Assembly: GCA_012026655.1 (NCBI GenBank)
Contig: JAAILG010000953.1
Coordinates: 1-64,000, forward strand
Length of the DNA stretch: 64,000 bases
Direction: 5' to 3'
Origin: Hydrolagus affinis
Taxonomy: Eukaryota
This document shows positions 50,951 through 64,000 of the stretch, piece by piece; position 1 is the stretch's first letter; every line of letters begins with the position of its first letter. The position numbers and the translations under genes were made by a program. The notes beneath the pieces are model-generated. The model had not been told where the DNA came from, did not search any database, and saw nothing but the letters and a program-made list of their open reading frames with translations.

Positions 50951-53900
50951 TGTATTACAGTGATTACAACCAAACCTTGCTGACCATCACATTGCTTATT
51001 GTAAGTCACAATGAAAAACATCTTTTTTTTAAAATATTTGGGCGGACAATATTTTTATAAACACTAAAACTCACAGAACTCCAATTCTCACATAAATCGT
51101 ACATCTGACCAAGTCCCGTTAAATTTCCCATTATGTATATCTTTCAAATATTTCATATTTTACATAAGTCATATTAAATGTGATAATTTAGTATGATACA
51201 ACTCTAACTATAATCTGATACAACTATGTGAGGTTTACTGTATGCTGTATTTTCACCATTGCCGAATGTGTGCGCTCCTGATACCCAGCCTCCTCATTCT
51301 AGGGTGCAGTTTCCACCTGTGTTTCTGTGAATCCAGGAATGTCAACAATTATATTAGCTACATAAAGTTATATTCTTATTGTAGTTCCTTGCATTAATAG
51401 AAAAGTATACAAGCTGATCCTCCAGGACTGCAATATACCTACTGAACCTTTTATTATCTTAGCATTTCTTTCTTTCTTCACCACAAACAAGATTATTTTC
51501 TGACACATCTTGGTCAGTCCACTAAAGCAGCTGGATGTTTCAGTCTAATTATAAGTCTGAGCCCAAAGCCTTGGAGCCAGATTTTACATCTCATCATAGA
51601 TAGTGGGGTCCGTATCAAATCAAAGTGGAATATGTGCCTGGTCTGTCATAATTTCCTGTTCCTATGGCAACACTCAGCTGTCAGAACATTGTGTTCACCT
51701 CAGAAGCTGTATACCCCATAAGTACATGTTTCACCTTAACTAAAAGGAAAGAGACCTGTCAAGTCTCAATGTTTGGTTGGAGAAATACAACCTTTTCTGA
51801 GTGTCCTATTTTTCAAAATGAAAATGTTTTCATGTTATTTCAATACAACTGATACAACTCATTCCTGTTTTTTTAAAAAAAAAACAGTAATCAGGAATAG
51901 ACAAAAGCTTTATCAGATTTACTCACTTTCTCAATTGGGAGAACAAAAAGGGTGAAAGGAAAAGGTAAAAGGAAAAAGTCTTTCAGCCCATCATGCCCAC
52001 CTCTCTTGCTCTTGCTTTGTGGCTGTGTGTGGCACATGGCTGCGTGCAAATTGGCTGCTGCATCCACTTACAAATACAGTCAATGTATGTCACAGTTAAA
52101 AAGTCCCAGTTAATCTTTTTATCACATCTCAACAATGTGATAAGATTCCATATCAAATCAAGCATCATCATCATCATTATTGTTATGGGACACGCTACAA
52201 GAATGTGGATGCTGCTTCCCCTCAATATTCAGGGGACAGGTTTCACACACATATCCCCCAATTCCCAAAGAATCAGTTATATCTCCAATCTTCATGTTTC
52301 TTTCTGTTTCGACTGAAGTGGGGGTGACTTGAACCTTCCCCACTGGCCTGGATGTGGAGAATAGCAACTGCACTCTGAAAACAATTTCCATCCACAGTGA
52401 AGTTAATTGGCTGTTCCCACTCATTCCTCCACTGGCCAGGCCTTCCTTATTCTGTTGGTAGCTGCAATGACATCTGAAGCCAAAGGCAAATTGCAAACAA
52501 TAAGCATGAAATGAAGGAACCTGCACTAAAAGGTGATCCTCCACTCAATGCAGCCATTTGAGCTGCAGATCGAGACATCAAGCATGGAGGTTAATGTCAG
52601 GAAAAAATGACACAGCCTTAACATTTCAAAGTTGACCTAGCCAGCCCTCGTTCATGTCTCTTATTGACATTCTTTACACCTGTCCCAGACATTCCTGGCT
52701 AATGATCCTGGGCTGAGGTCCTGCCAGCACTAGAGCAAAGGATTCTCATGAAGCTGAAGCCACAGTGAGAGATTTGGTGTCACACTTGTATTAAACAAGC
52801 CAGTCCAGTATTCTAGGTTTCCTTCAAACTTAGCATGCTCACTTGACTGGTAACTTTGAATATGCGCCTATCACCGTGATCTATCTATGTGCTCTGGGTG
52901 AGGGTGCGCAATACATGCAAGTTGTTGTTGATCTGCAATCTTTGGTTATTATTTCCTCTTTTAAAAAAACATAGGAATTAACATTAAAGAGTCAATTCAT
53001 CCCATCAACACCAACGTTGTGCCAATTCCTCCTGTTAATCTCACAACTATAATTTTTTTAAATAGCACCCTTTCACAGCATAATATCTGAGGGCTGCAAA
53101 ATGGAAAACTAGAGAAAAATAACTTCAAAAATTGGATTTGAAGTCAACAATTCATCAAATTTTGTACATAGGAACAGGATGGTCCATTTGACCCTTCAAG
53201 CATGTCCCACCATTTTTCAAGAAAATAGACCCTCCAAAATCTTACACAAAATACTGCACCATTCCACTTTACAGTATATCCTGTGGACCATTTTGAGATG
53301 TCTCGATTATTATTATTATAAAACTGAGACATGAGTAAGTTTCTCCCCACATGTCACTATCCTTTGCATCGAAAACTCTCTTCTGACCCTTCTGTTATCT
53401 CTTGTAGAAGCTAATTTGCTGTTATGTATGTGAGTTGTGCATGCCTCTGTGTGTGTACCAGAGACAAAATGTGTCCTCATGCTCTAAGAAGTTATATATT
53501 TTTAATTTGCTCTTTTGCTAGCTAAAACAGGCTTTAAAACACTTTGCACAAGCTGCAGATGTACTGACAGGGAGCCTGTTGTTGATGTAGTGTAGAAAAC
53601 ATATTTTTGGAAGGAACATTTCTGAAAGCATCCAGATGTTTTTTTAGTTTGACTTTTTTTAAGCTCTGAGCTCAGTGAATTTCACAGGATCTGTATATTA
53701 AACAGATTACCTGAAGGCATTACAATGTAAATCCAATTCTCTGAATACCTCTCTTAACCCTTTACTTTAGAGCCGGGAGCTAATCTGGGTATTGGGGTCG
53801 AAGTGTGGGGTGGGGAAAGAATGGGGGAATTACTCATAAGTTTTTAAATTTATTGCTCACACTTCTTCTTTAGGCCCAAATAGAAATACATCTTAAATTC

Positions 53901-56900
53901 TAAACATAGACAGAGAATGTAGCAAAAAAGGGAAAAGAAATATAAAATCTTGAGACCAGATAAACGCAAGTAAAGTTTTAAATGTTTCAACCCATGTTTT
54001 TTGTATATATTTTGAAACTTCACAAAAATAAGACTAATTTTAACAAGATTTGCATGTGATCCAGCATCTTTTCACCTTGGCAAAACAGCTCATAGCAATT
54101 AATAGAATTTACTGCAAAGTGTAGTAACTGTATTCATACAGAGCAATGCCCCGTAATATTTTTGAATTGGAGAATTGTTGGCAAGCACACTGGGAAAAAC
54201 TCCTTTTACTTTTCAAGTAGTGACATGGGATCTTTAACATCCACCTGGACAGCAACCTCAGTTTAACCTGGTCACTACATTTGATTGTAACTACTTAATA
54301 TAATCTTTGCATTTGATATAGCACACCATCAAGACAGCTCAAAGTGCTTCACAGAATTTGCTGTAAACTGGGGTGACTGTATTTTGTAAGGAAAACATAT
54401 TTGTGCAATGCTTTGAGACTGTTGAGCAGAACAAGGTGCTATGAAAATATGAGATTTTTCTCTTCTTTTCTGATTCTGATTTGCTTTGATAAATATTTCA
54501 CCAGTTTTGGGCAAAGATGTGGCATCGATATCAGACAATCACTAATACACCTTCAGAGCTATAAAAGAAGCCCTGTGAAGCTAATCTTGGCCACAACACA
54601 AATGATTTAATATTAACCAAATCCCCGATGCAGATGTGAACTCAGGTTTGGGATACTAGCAAAACAAAATTTGGTTGCATGTGTGCATCTGAGGTTACAG
54701 AGATGCAGAGAGAGAAAGATTGTCACTATATTGAGGTACCTGTATTACACTGACATATAACAGTTGAGGGAAGAAACCAATTTGTTTTCTTCATGATATC
54801 CATTCAAGCACATTCTTTCCTTATCCACACCAAGCCCATCCCAACTAATGTGGACAAGCAATTTTCTGCTACATAACAGTCAAATCTATCGCAAATTTTT
54901 TTTAAAGAATGCTTATAAAATTCATCAAGGTTCCTAAACAATACTAAGAATGCAGTATTGTGTGTGAATAATAATAATACCTAACTAATCAACAGGCACA
55001 GATTATATACGTAACTTTTATATCATTACATTCTGTTCGGCGATAAGGTAGAGCACGATTTTTTAAAAGTACAACCAAAATAAAAATTAGCTCAACTGCA
55101 TTACATGACAAACCGTGGGAAAATAACAGAATATTATTTAATGACAAGTTGTTAACTAAACTTGGATATAAATCCTTATGAGAGTCTTTCATGTTGGGAG
55201 GACATCTCAAAGTGCTTCTTGATGTTGGATGGGCACACAAGCTGGGGTGGAGGAATATAGCATTGATGATACAGGACAGATTCAGCTGGGCTTGTTGTTA
55301 ATGTATATCATCTTAGACTTACTCTCACATATTTTACATATAAAAAAACCTGTCATCCCATGTCTTCAACATTATGTTCAAATAATAAATGTGCAGAATT
55401 TCTACACAAGACAATAAAATTTTAAATCTTAGTTACATTTCCAGCTGACTGTTGAGTCATAACTTTTCTACATGTTTAAAGTATTATTTCGAGCAAATAA
55501 AATCAAATAAAAATAAATCCAGTCTCTGCATTTGACTCCATGTGCCTCAACTGGAATGGGCTTCATATTTTGTTGGGTTTATTCATATTAGGTTCATTTA
55601 GACATTGGAAAACTTGGCAACGATAGGGTTAAAGCAGTATCTAGACAACACACATTTTAAAAGTTGCTATTTTTCTTCCATCGGCTGGTAAGAGTAAACT
55701 GTTTGCCATTATAACCAGTGTTTTAATTATAACTTGTAGAACCAGCTACTGAAATTTTGCCTGGAGGCAGAAACCACATTAGGGGTATGGTGTTTCGAAA
55801 TCGTAAGAGTGACCTTATTTGTCAGTCACAATCCTACCATTTGATGAAATTCTCTATCTGACTTATTGACTTATTTATGGCACAAGTTCATTGCGTATAA
55901 GTGATGCAAATGACACTCTCCTTTTGTCCAACAGCCACTACGAGTCGTGCACTGTTAGAACTAATACTCGGCTCACTCACCATGCATCATTTATATGTTC
56001 TTGCTCTCGGTGATGAGAAAAATCTAGTGCATTCTTGTCAGATAAGGGCTTTCTTCTCAAACAAGTATCTGTGTGAGTCAAAAAAAATCACTTTATATAT
56101 AAGTGGAGAAAGCACAGACCAGCTGTGATATAAAAAAAAGCCTTTTTTTCCCCCAAAAAAAACTAATTTGAACAGCACAAATTAGTTTTTATACAAAAGA
56201 GTTAAAACTTTCTGTGAGACATATTTACATGAAAGCCACATTGTCTCATGAGATATTAGAGTGTTAATTTGTTTTTGGTTCGGAGAGTGAGCTTGGTAAG
56301 CTTTGCCTAAAAACACTCAAGTCTTTTTACATACATAGAAAATGGTGCCTCGATCAAACCTTGGGTTTAGATCAGGCAAATTCTTTGTTATGTCTTGAGC
56401 ATCTTGAAATTATGTTGCAGAAATAAATCCTGTGTCGCTGTGGTGCGGAGACACCTAGTGAACAAATAAATCTGCTGTCCACACCACAAAAGGAAGTCAG
56501 CATAAATGAAAATAATATGCCCTTCCACGGTAACCATAAATATGGAATGGAGATTTGTGAAATTATTTTACTCAGCCAAATATTGCAGAGGAATATAGCA
56601 TTTATGACATGGGAGCTTTGCTTTGCTTGATGCTACTGTACATCAGTTTGGACCTTCTCTCACCTGCCACTGATTCAATGAATACTCAGAATAAGGGTTT
56701 CATAGCAATTGAGAATGCGTTGCTGCGCATGAATGCTGCTGACAATGAAGCCCTTTATAACAACTTCTGCTTCCTCTTTATTTTATTTTATTCCCCACAA
56801 AAAAAATTAAATATCTCGCACTGTTTAAAGAAAAAGCTGAATAGATTGTTGCAGCATGAAAAACGTACAGTGATCTTTGTGCAATCTAAGTTACTGCAAT

Positions 56901-57469
56901 TGAGTTGACTAGTTTCTACTTTTGCTCTGTTATTCTTGAGTAAAAACCCTATTTTAATTCACTCGTTAACGATACTTTAAAAAACAAACACAACATGTAG
57001 CAAACACAATAAATGCATTTTGCTGGCATAAAACTATTGACTTCTCAGATTGTGTGACACATTATGCAATTGTTGAAGTGTATTTTAATTTAATTATTTA
57101 TCTTGCATAAATAAAACCCTATTGTCTATACAAGTGTAATTTTGTTGTTGTTGCATTCACTGTGATAATGCTATATCAAGCATCCTTTAAATGAAATAGA
57201 CTACATTTTTTTAAACTATAATATGGAATCCCTTCATTTTTGTCACATTTTAGGATTTCAGAAAAATGTATAGTGTTCTGATTATTGCTACAAATAATAC
57301 ATGTGAAATGGTCAAATAACAGGAGTGAGTGTTATTTTTGAAGCAGTACATTTGGTTTATGGACAGGTTATTAATTTTTAAGATTATATTAGTTTGAACC
57401 ACTAAATCCATGTCGCACATAATTATTCCATATAATCTCCATAAATGAAAAAAAGGGGGGAAAAAGTAG

Positions 57470-57830
57470 GCCAGTAAATCTGGAAACGATCCATCTGGCA
57501 GATCTGAACCGGGCATCATTAATTCTTCCATATAAAACATCAAAGCCTAAGCTTTATTACGAGAACTCATTTTGTCTTATACAGAGTTAAGACATTACAT
57601 CATGGATTTCAAATGCATCTAAAAATTGAAAGATTCCTGTCAGCTGTTAGTGAAGCTTTATAACTTAAGCCGGTAATGGCTGTTTTTATTCGTATATAAT
57701 CTATTATCGCAGGAGATCACATCCAGTGGCACGCCAAAGTGAACTTCTTTCCCTCAGTTGACATCCGCATGCCTGATTTTACAGATTTTGCAACAATCAA
57801 AACTGTCAAATAATAGGCTATCGGTTTATT
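57470..57830. promoter_or_regulatory. Candidate intronic conserved enhancer
   Basis: Cluster of TTTATTAC/TTTTATT (posterior Hox/Cdx-like), ACATCAAAG (TCF/LEF), CTGTCA (MEIS) and CATCTG/CAGCTG E-boxes. Confidence 0.4.
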
Positions 57831-57887
57831 GAAATAAAAAAGCCACAGGCTATTCTTTGCTTTTCATACTGCATTTTGCATCAGCCC

Positions 57888-58290
57888 AGCTCAGCTGGTA
57901 GCACTCTTGCCTCTGAGTTGCAATGATGTAGGTTCAAGCCCCATGTTGGGACTTGGAACACAAGCAGTTTGTTCTGACACTCCAATTCAATGCTTGGGGG
58001 TGTGCTCCATTGTCTGAGGCACTGTCCTTTTGGATGAGATGTTAAACTGAGGTCCAGGTGGAGTTAAAGATCCACAATTTGAAAAGTGAAGTAAGTTTCT
58101 CCCAGTGTTCTTGCCAATAATCCCCCAGATAAATCTAGTCATTCACTTCATGAAAGTTTGGAACATTGCTGTGTGCAAATTGGCTGCTGCATTTCAACCA
58201 CAAAAATAGTGTTTTACAAGAAATTCTATGAAACGGTCTGAGGTGCCTTGATGGAGTGATATGGAGCTATCTCAAGAATTATTATTATTT
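57888..58290 (+). mobile_element. Old Deu-domain SINE, near full length
   Basis: cagctcagctggtagcactcttgcctctgag..ggatgagatgttaaactgagg..ttgctgtgtgcaaattggctgc. Confidence 0.85.
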
Positions 58291-60538
58291 TGGAGAATGC
58301 TTTTGGAGCTACTACTGATGAATCAGCGTATTTATATTTCTGGCTCTTGAATGTTCTAGTTATCACTGAGATAAAATTCCACCTGATCAAATGAAGCATT
58401 TCAATAGCATCACGAATTTGGCAATTAGTTGGATTCTGTCTTAACTTTGAAGCCATTTTTCACTTAGAGAAACTCAACGAAAATTGGCTTAAAAACTAAA
58501 GCTGTATTGAAGAATTTGTCAAATTCTGCACCATCCGATGTGCTACATTAGTACAGTAAATCGAGACCCAAGTAGAAATGTGTCTTTTGCCTCATTTTAA
58601 TTTGAAACCCAACTATTTCTGGTTTTAATGTAATAATAGTAATCCTTGCATTTGATATGATGCCTTATGTCATTCAGATGTCTCAGAATTATTCACAACT
58701 CCACTCTGGGTAACTTGCCACTGAGCTGTTTTCCCTTGGAGTGATGAATTATCAGGAATTTACCATACACAGCCACTACACATTACAGTACGAATTGTAA
58801 AGCGCTTTGAGGCGCCCTCCTGACATACAAGGTGCTATGTCAAATGCAAGCGTTATCCTTGTTATAATTATAAAACAAATATGCTCTTATAACTCAATGC
58901 CTTTTAAGAAATTAATTAGTTTTCGACAAGATTAAATGAACAAAATCCATATGTTATACATAGTAGTTTTTGTGTCGGGAGGTTTCACTCAAGCGATCAA
59001 AGCACTTCAGATAATTTTACTGTAAGGTGCAGTGACTGTATTTTGAGGGCAAACCTAAGAGGTGGGGGAATTAAGGTTCACAATGTTTCATTTTAACTCT
59101 ATAATTTTCTTATGTGCTAATCAGTTCCCCACTATTTAAGATTACAAAAGTGCCTGCATGGTTTTAATGTGTATGAAACCACAACATTAAGCTCTCGTTC
59201 TCTGTAAAACTAACTTTCAGATCAGGCTTCTGCAGTCTGATCTTGTGAGGTAACCTGCATCCTCGCTGAAAGGTGATTTGTTCTAATCAACTTTGCAGAG
59301 TCTGATGGAATCACACAGAGCATATTTCATACCTGACACTACTGCGGAATGATACACTTCAGGACAAATGCTGCTGACCTGAATAATACATGACAGAGAG
59401 ATGACCGGGTGAGAAAAGTAATTTTTCACCTTTACTCCTCGAGTTTCTTTATTAAAGCCTCAGACATGCTTGATTGAAACTCGGCTTCTATATCAGCTAA
59501 AAGAAAAAAAATCAAGTGCGTCTTATTAATATCACAGAGCTGCTCATTTCAGCTCCAGCACTCCACCAACTAACAAATCATTTCACAAACACTGCCAGTT
59601 GATTAGTTCAAACCAACAACAGTTTTTTTCGTTACAAGGATAGTAAAATAAATGCCAGGAACAGTGAGATCTGTTTTAGTCACTATCTTGAGCGCTGGAG
59701 CCTTTTACAAATCGCCCGCTAAATGTACAATCATTCCACTTAACTGTACATGCTGTGAAGCGCTTTGAGATGTCTCCCGACCCGGAAAGCACTGTACAAA
59801 ATGAAAGGATTATTATTATTTTGTGCTGCTTTAAATTCAATCAAAATTTCCCTATAACAGCCTGAGTGATTAGAAATAAAGCTTTCTGGGTCACAGGTCA
59901 GATTAAAAACACCACACCCACCTTTCTCTCTGGTGACCTTGGTCAACATGGGTTTAATTGTGGTACACAACCTTGTAAAACAGATAATGGCTAGGTAGGT
60001 ACTGCTTTAGATATCCCAAACTGACTTGTTTTCAAATGCTTGACTTCAGTTGAGAAGGTACCTCAAGTGTCAAACATCACACAAACATGATTTACTAAAT
60101 AAATAAATCCAGTTTCTTTTCTTACTGTTTATATATCTTATACATCACTTGATGTCTATCGTGATAACAAACTCCCTGATCTCTCAGCACATCCTATCTT
60201 AGTTTCTAAATTCATCTAAAGTGTTTGCATTCACCACATCTAAAACAACTCCAGGAGAACTGTACCTTACGAACTGTCTTTAGATCTCTATGTTGATTTT
60301 TAAACACATAAATATTTTATAAGTGGTGTTGTCCTCCCGACGCGAAAGGTGCTATACAAATGTAATTGTGTTGTTGTTTTTTCCTCGTCTGTTGTAATTG
60401 TCTTTTCATCTACAAACTGATAGCCACGTGAAGGTGTGACTCTGTCCTCAAGACTAGATGATACATTTTGAATATCTCTGAATTCTCCACTCTTTCCTAC
60501 AACCGCATTTGCTCTGCAAATCCTTTGTTAACCATTAC

Positions 60539-60598
60539 CTGTGTGCTGTAGTGTTAAACAGAGAAATTAAAGGATGATCTGTCTGGTACATAGAGCAC
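60539..60598 (-). CDS. Putative internal coding exon (60 nt, phase 2->2): CSMYQTDHPLISLFNTTAH
   Basis: Acceptor cccttttaattgtag and donor CAG|gtaatg. Only one open frame. Confidence 0.55.
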
Positions 60599-60797
60599 CT
60601 ACAATTAAAAGGGTTGTAGGCCCGAACATAAACAAGCTTAAGGAATCAAGAATATATATATTTGGGGAATTGAAATTCCTCTATTTTCCTAAATTCCAAT
60701 CCATTCCTTTCCAGGTTCCAGCTCGATAAGTAACGGGTAGTTGACCATACAGTGCTTTCAATGGCAAACAATATTGTTTTTGCTGGTTAAACACCAC

Positions 60798-61130
60798 CGG
60801 TACCTCACCCGACTCCATTGGTTCCCCATCACCCAGAGGATTAAATTCAAGATCCTGGTCTTCACCTTCAAAGCCCTCCATGGCCTTGCCCCACCCTACC
60901 TTTGTGACCTCCTAAACCCCTACCAACCTGCCCACCCCCTCCGCTCAGCAGGCTCCAGCCTGCACCATGTCCCCTAAACCACTCACCCCACCATTGGTGG
61001 ACGAGGCTTCAGCCACTCTGCCCCCAACCTCTGGAACTCCATCCCGCAGTCCCTCCACCTCGCACCCTCCCAAGCCCCTTCAAGTCCCGCTTCAAGATCC
61101 TCCTCTTCAATGATCCCACCCATCACCTCA
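60798..61130 (+). mobile_element. L2 ORF2 C-terminal fragment (tail missing)
   Basis: LTRLHWFPITQRIKFKILVFTFKALHGLAPPYLCDLLNPYQPAHPLRSAG. Confidence 0.9.
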
Positions 61131-61137
61131 AATATCA

Positions 61138-61242
61138 CGTGTGTGGAGTAAGGAAACTTGCCTAAGGTTTCGTCCTGCTGTGAATCAAACTCAGGTTCCT
61201 CACTTGTAAGGTGAGTATTCTCACCACTGAGCTAGAGAACTT
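61138..61242 (-). mobile_element. Head-only fragment of the young SINE
   Basis: tRNA-like head and gtttccttactccacac on the minus strand; the 3' part is absent. Confidence 0.8.
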
Positions 61243-61477
61243 TCTGGAAATAGGTAACCAGAGTGAGTCCATCCTTAGAGTAAATGGTATTAAAGGCATT
61301 GAGACATCCTGCCTTGAAAAGTTTTAATTCTTGAAGAATTTTTAAAGAACTGAAAAAAAAATGTGTTTCTATATCTGACCCTTTTTTTTATTCCACTTGT
61401 TCTTGGGCTATGGATGATTTATTGTCCATCCCTAGTTGCCCTCAAAACACCAATGTGGGGGCTCCATGACCCCAAAA

Positions 61478-61943
61478 CTCCCACCCTCGCCCAGCTCCAT
61501 TGGCTCCCCATCCCCCAGAGGATCAAATTCAATATCCTCATCCTCACTTTCAAGGCCATCTACAGCCTTGACTCTTCCTATTTCTCTGACCTGCTGATTC
61601 CCTACCAACCTGCCCACCCCCTCTGTTCAGCAGGTTCCGATCTTCTCCATGTCTCCCACCCGACCCACCCTACCATCGGTGGCCAGGCTTTCAGCCTCTC
61701 TGCCCCCACACTCTGGAACTCCATCCCACAGTTTCTTTGCCTCGCTTACTCCCTTGCCTCCTTCAAAGCCGGTTTCAAAACCCTCCTATCTGATCGTACC
61801 TTCTGCCACCCTCCCACCTCTCTTCTTCACCTCCCCACTCCCCTGCCCCTCCACCATGCTCAGGTCCCAACCCCTGACTGTTTAACGCCTTGAGACGTCC
61901 TCCCGACATGAATGGCGCTCCATAAGTGTAATTTTATTGTTGT
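61478..61943 (+). mobile_element. 5'-truncated L2 with tail
   Basis: TPTLAQLHWLPIPQRIKFNILILTFKA..IGGQAFSLSAPTLWNSIP..SFKAGFKTLL plus an L2 tail. Confidence 0.92.
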
Positions 61944-62360
61944 TCCCTTTATGCCACTGTTGTCATTGTGTCAATGGTTTTCCCACGAAGATGTTATAAT
62001 AATCTTTATATTTCTCAATCAGTGTGAAAGTGGAGCTTAGGAGAATGTTCTTACACAGAGAAATGTTGAGGTGTGGTACTAATACTCAGTATGCTTTGTC
62101 CACAAAAGATACAATCAATTCATTTTACAGTATATTCCATGAAATGCTTTGAGACATCTCGAAGACTTGATAAGGCACTATATTAAATGCAAAGATTATT
62201 ATTTATTATAAAAAGAAACAACTGTGTGTCAGGCTATTCATTTTTTATGATTTCTGCTAAGGTTGCACATTCTAAGCGTAAAATGGAAAGCTAACTGTGA
62301 TGTTAATGTGGTACTGAGGTTTAATCCAAATGCAAAGTGGTATGAATGACAAAACAGCTA

Positions 62361-62760
62361 AACAACAACAACAGAATTACACTTGTATAGCGCATTTCAC
62401 ATCAGGAGGAAGTCCCAAGGTGCTGGACAGTCACTGTTTTAGACCCGAGCTGGAGACGTGGTGGGGGGATGGAAGAGGAGAATTATGAGTTGCCAATGGG
62501 TCCATCGAAGAGGAGAATCTTGAGGCGAGACTTGAAGGAGGCCAGGGAGGAGGCGAGGCGTAGGGTCTGCGGGATGGAGTTCCAGAGGTTGGAGGCAGAG
62601 TGGCTAAAGGCTCGCCCGCCAATGGTGGGGCAGGTGGGGCGGGGGACGTGGAGCAGGCCAGAGCCTGTTGAGTGGATAGGGCGAGCAGGTTAGTAAGGGG
62701 TTAGGAGGTAACGGTTGTAGGGTGGGACGAAGTTGTGGAGGGCTTTAAATGTGAGGACCA
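62361..62760 (-). mobile_element. 5'-truncated L2 with tail
   Basis: Same family in inverted orientation. TAAACAA occurs on both flanks, with a 12-nt tandem duplication at the 5' junction. Confidence 0.9.
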
Positions 62761-63210
62761 GTAAACAATGTACTAAACAATGTACTAAACATCTCAACCC
62801 ACACTTCAGTTACAACAACCCTCAATAAAATGTACACTTCCTGCTGCTTGTCTTAGTTGATTCTTATCTTCCAGGAATTAAACTTCTGTACCACTTTTAA
62901 AATATTTTCAAGCAGATAGTTATCAGGAAATTCTGATCAGGATTTCAGATACTTTTTGGGAGACCCACACAAATAGCCTATGTCAAACTCCCATTACAGA
63001 AATCTTTCACTCCACAAGTATATTTAGTGTTGCCTCGCCTGAATATATGTGTCACCCAAGCAGATACTGCTTGCCTACACAGTTTTCTTTCAGCAAATTA
63101 AGTGCTCAATCATATTGGATATCTGGTCCGATACAAAAGACTGGTGTAGATATAAGCAACATGAACCGCATTACAGTGGTAAAGAATGTTAACAATAGGC
63201 AGATGCTCAC

Positions 63211-63240
63211 CAAACAAAACTCCGTCTGGAACCTTCAGTT
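63211..63240 (-). CDS. Putative 30-nt coding exon (phase 2->2): TEGSRRSFV(W)
   Basis: Acceptor gttcttagcctctttag and donor TTG|gtgagc. Open in the phase needed by the next exon. Confidence 0.5.
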
Positions 63241-63813
63241 CTAAAGAGGCTAAGAACATACACCTTTTATTTGTAACATTTAGAAGTGAAATGTGGCACA
63301 GATTAGCTGTTGTATTTCCCTGTATAACATTGGCTTTCATTTCTAATTGACTATATCTCATACAGTGCTTTGAGGTGTCAATTCGTACACGAAAGGTGCT
63401 ATATAAATGCATGTCATTATTAGAAAACAGCTGTGCTAGAAAAAATTAATAATAAAAATACTTAAAATTGTTATTGCGAAGGCGAATAATAGCAGACATT
63501 AAATAAACAGTGTCTGTAGCATTATTCACGTGAAGTTAATTTATAATCAATACAATAATTTATAATCTGTTAAACTGCTAATTTCATAACTTTTTCACAT
63601 TAACTGATGCAAGATAAATATTTCAGAATTCACCTGTTACTCTTTTATTTCAAAAAATTAAATAGATTTCGTATTTAATATGCAAGATCATTTTTTCAGA
63701 TATTTCCATAGATGCCTTGACCATGTGTTCTGTGTGCAATCTATGGAGACCCTTGCTTTTAAACCTGTATTAAAAATATTTTCCATTGCTGTTTAAATGT
63801 GCTTGAACAATAC

Positions 63814-63887
63814 TTGGACAGATTGTGCTGGAATTGAAGTGATATTGCTTCCAGCAGCAGGGTGATTTGGGGGCTCAAATTTAAATG
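63814..63887 (-). CDS. Possible further upstream exon: HLNLSPQITLLLEAISLQFQHNLS(K); may start at 63903
   Basis: Open frame ending in phase 2, compatible with exon 63211-63240. Both splice sites are weak (AA|gtattg; purine-rich acceptor). Confidence 0.3.
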
Positions 63888-64000
63888 CTGAAATGCTTCC
63901 TCCCTTTAGCATTTTTAAGACTATTTTTCTTAAAATGTAAGATTGTGTAGAATCGTGAAAAATGTTTGCACTTGACAATTTGGCAGCTACAGTTAATACC

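Noticed and set aside
56158-56190. 13-bp inverted repeat AAAAACTAATTTG/CAAATTAGTTTTT
   Set aside because: Very AT-rich and partly homopolymer; plausible by chance.
61363-61893. Longest ORF in the track (176 aa)
   Set aside because: It is the C-terminus of a truncated L2 ORF2 fused to flanking DNA, not a host gene.

Overview
Eukaryotic (vertebrate) genomic DNA, AT-rich and repeat-dense. The repeat set (tRNA-headed SINEs with a Deu-like core, L2 and CR1 LINE fragments) fits a cartilaginous fish, probably a chimaera; this is an inference. Nearly all ORFs in the supplied track are spurious or LINE/SINE fragments. Reading splice signals by hand gives a phase-consistent chain of small minus-strand exons (63211-63240, 60539-60598, a 19-nt microexon at 50203-50221, 42743-42869 and a terminal exon from 35258 with stop at 35152 and AATAAA at 34647-34652). 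These encode the C-terminus of a protein I cannot name. The window also has four highly decayed DIRS-like (tyrosine-recombinase retrotransposon) fossils, a decayed ~2.8-kb CR1 ORF2, several nested retroposon stacks with readable TSDs, an LTR-like insertion spanning an assembly gap, a few perfect hairpins, and long repeat-free stretches rich in homeodomain motifs that look like conserved enhancers. I saw no CRISPR, rRNA, real tRNA gene or prokaryotic system. Repeat boundaries are approximate and family calls come from motif recall, not from database searches.
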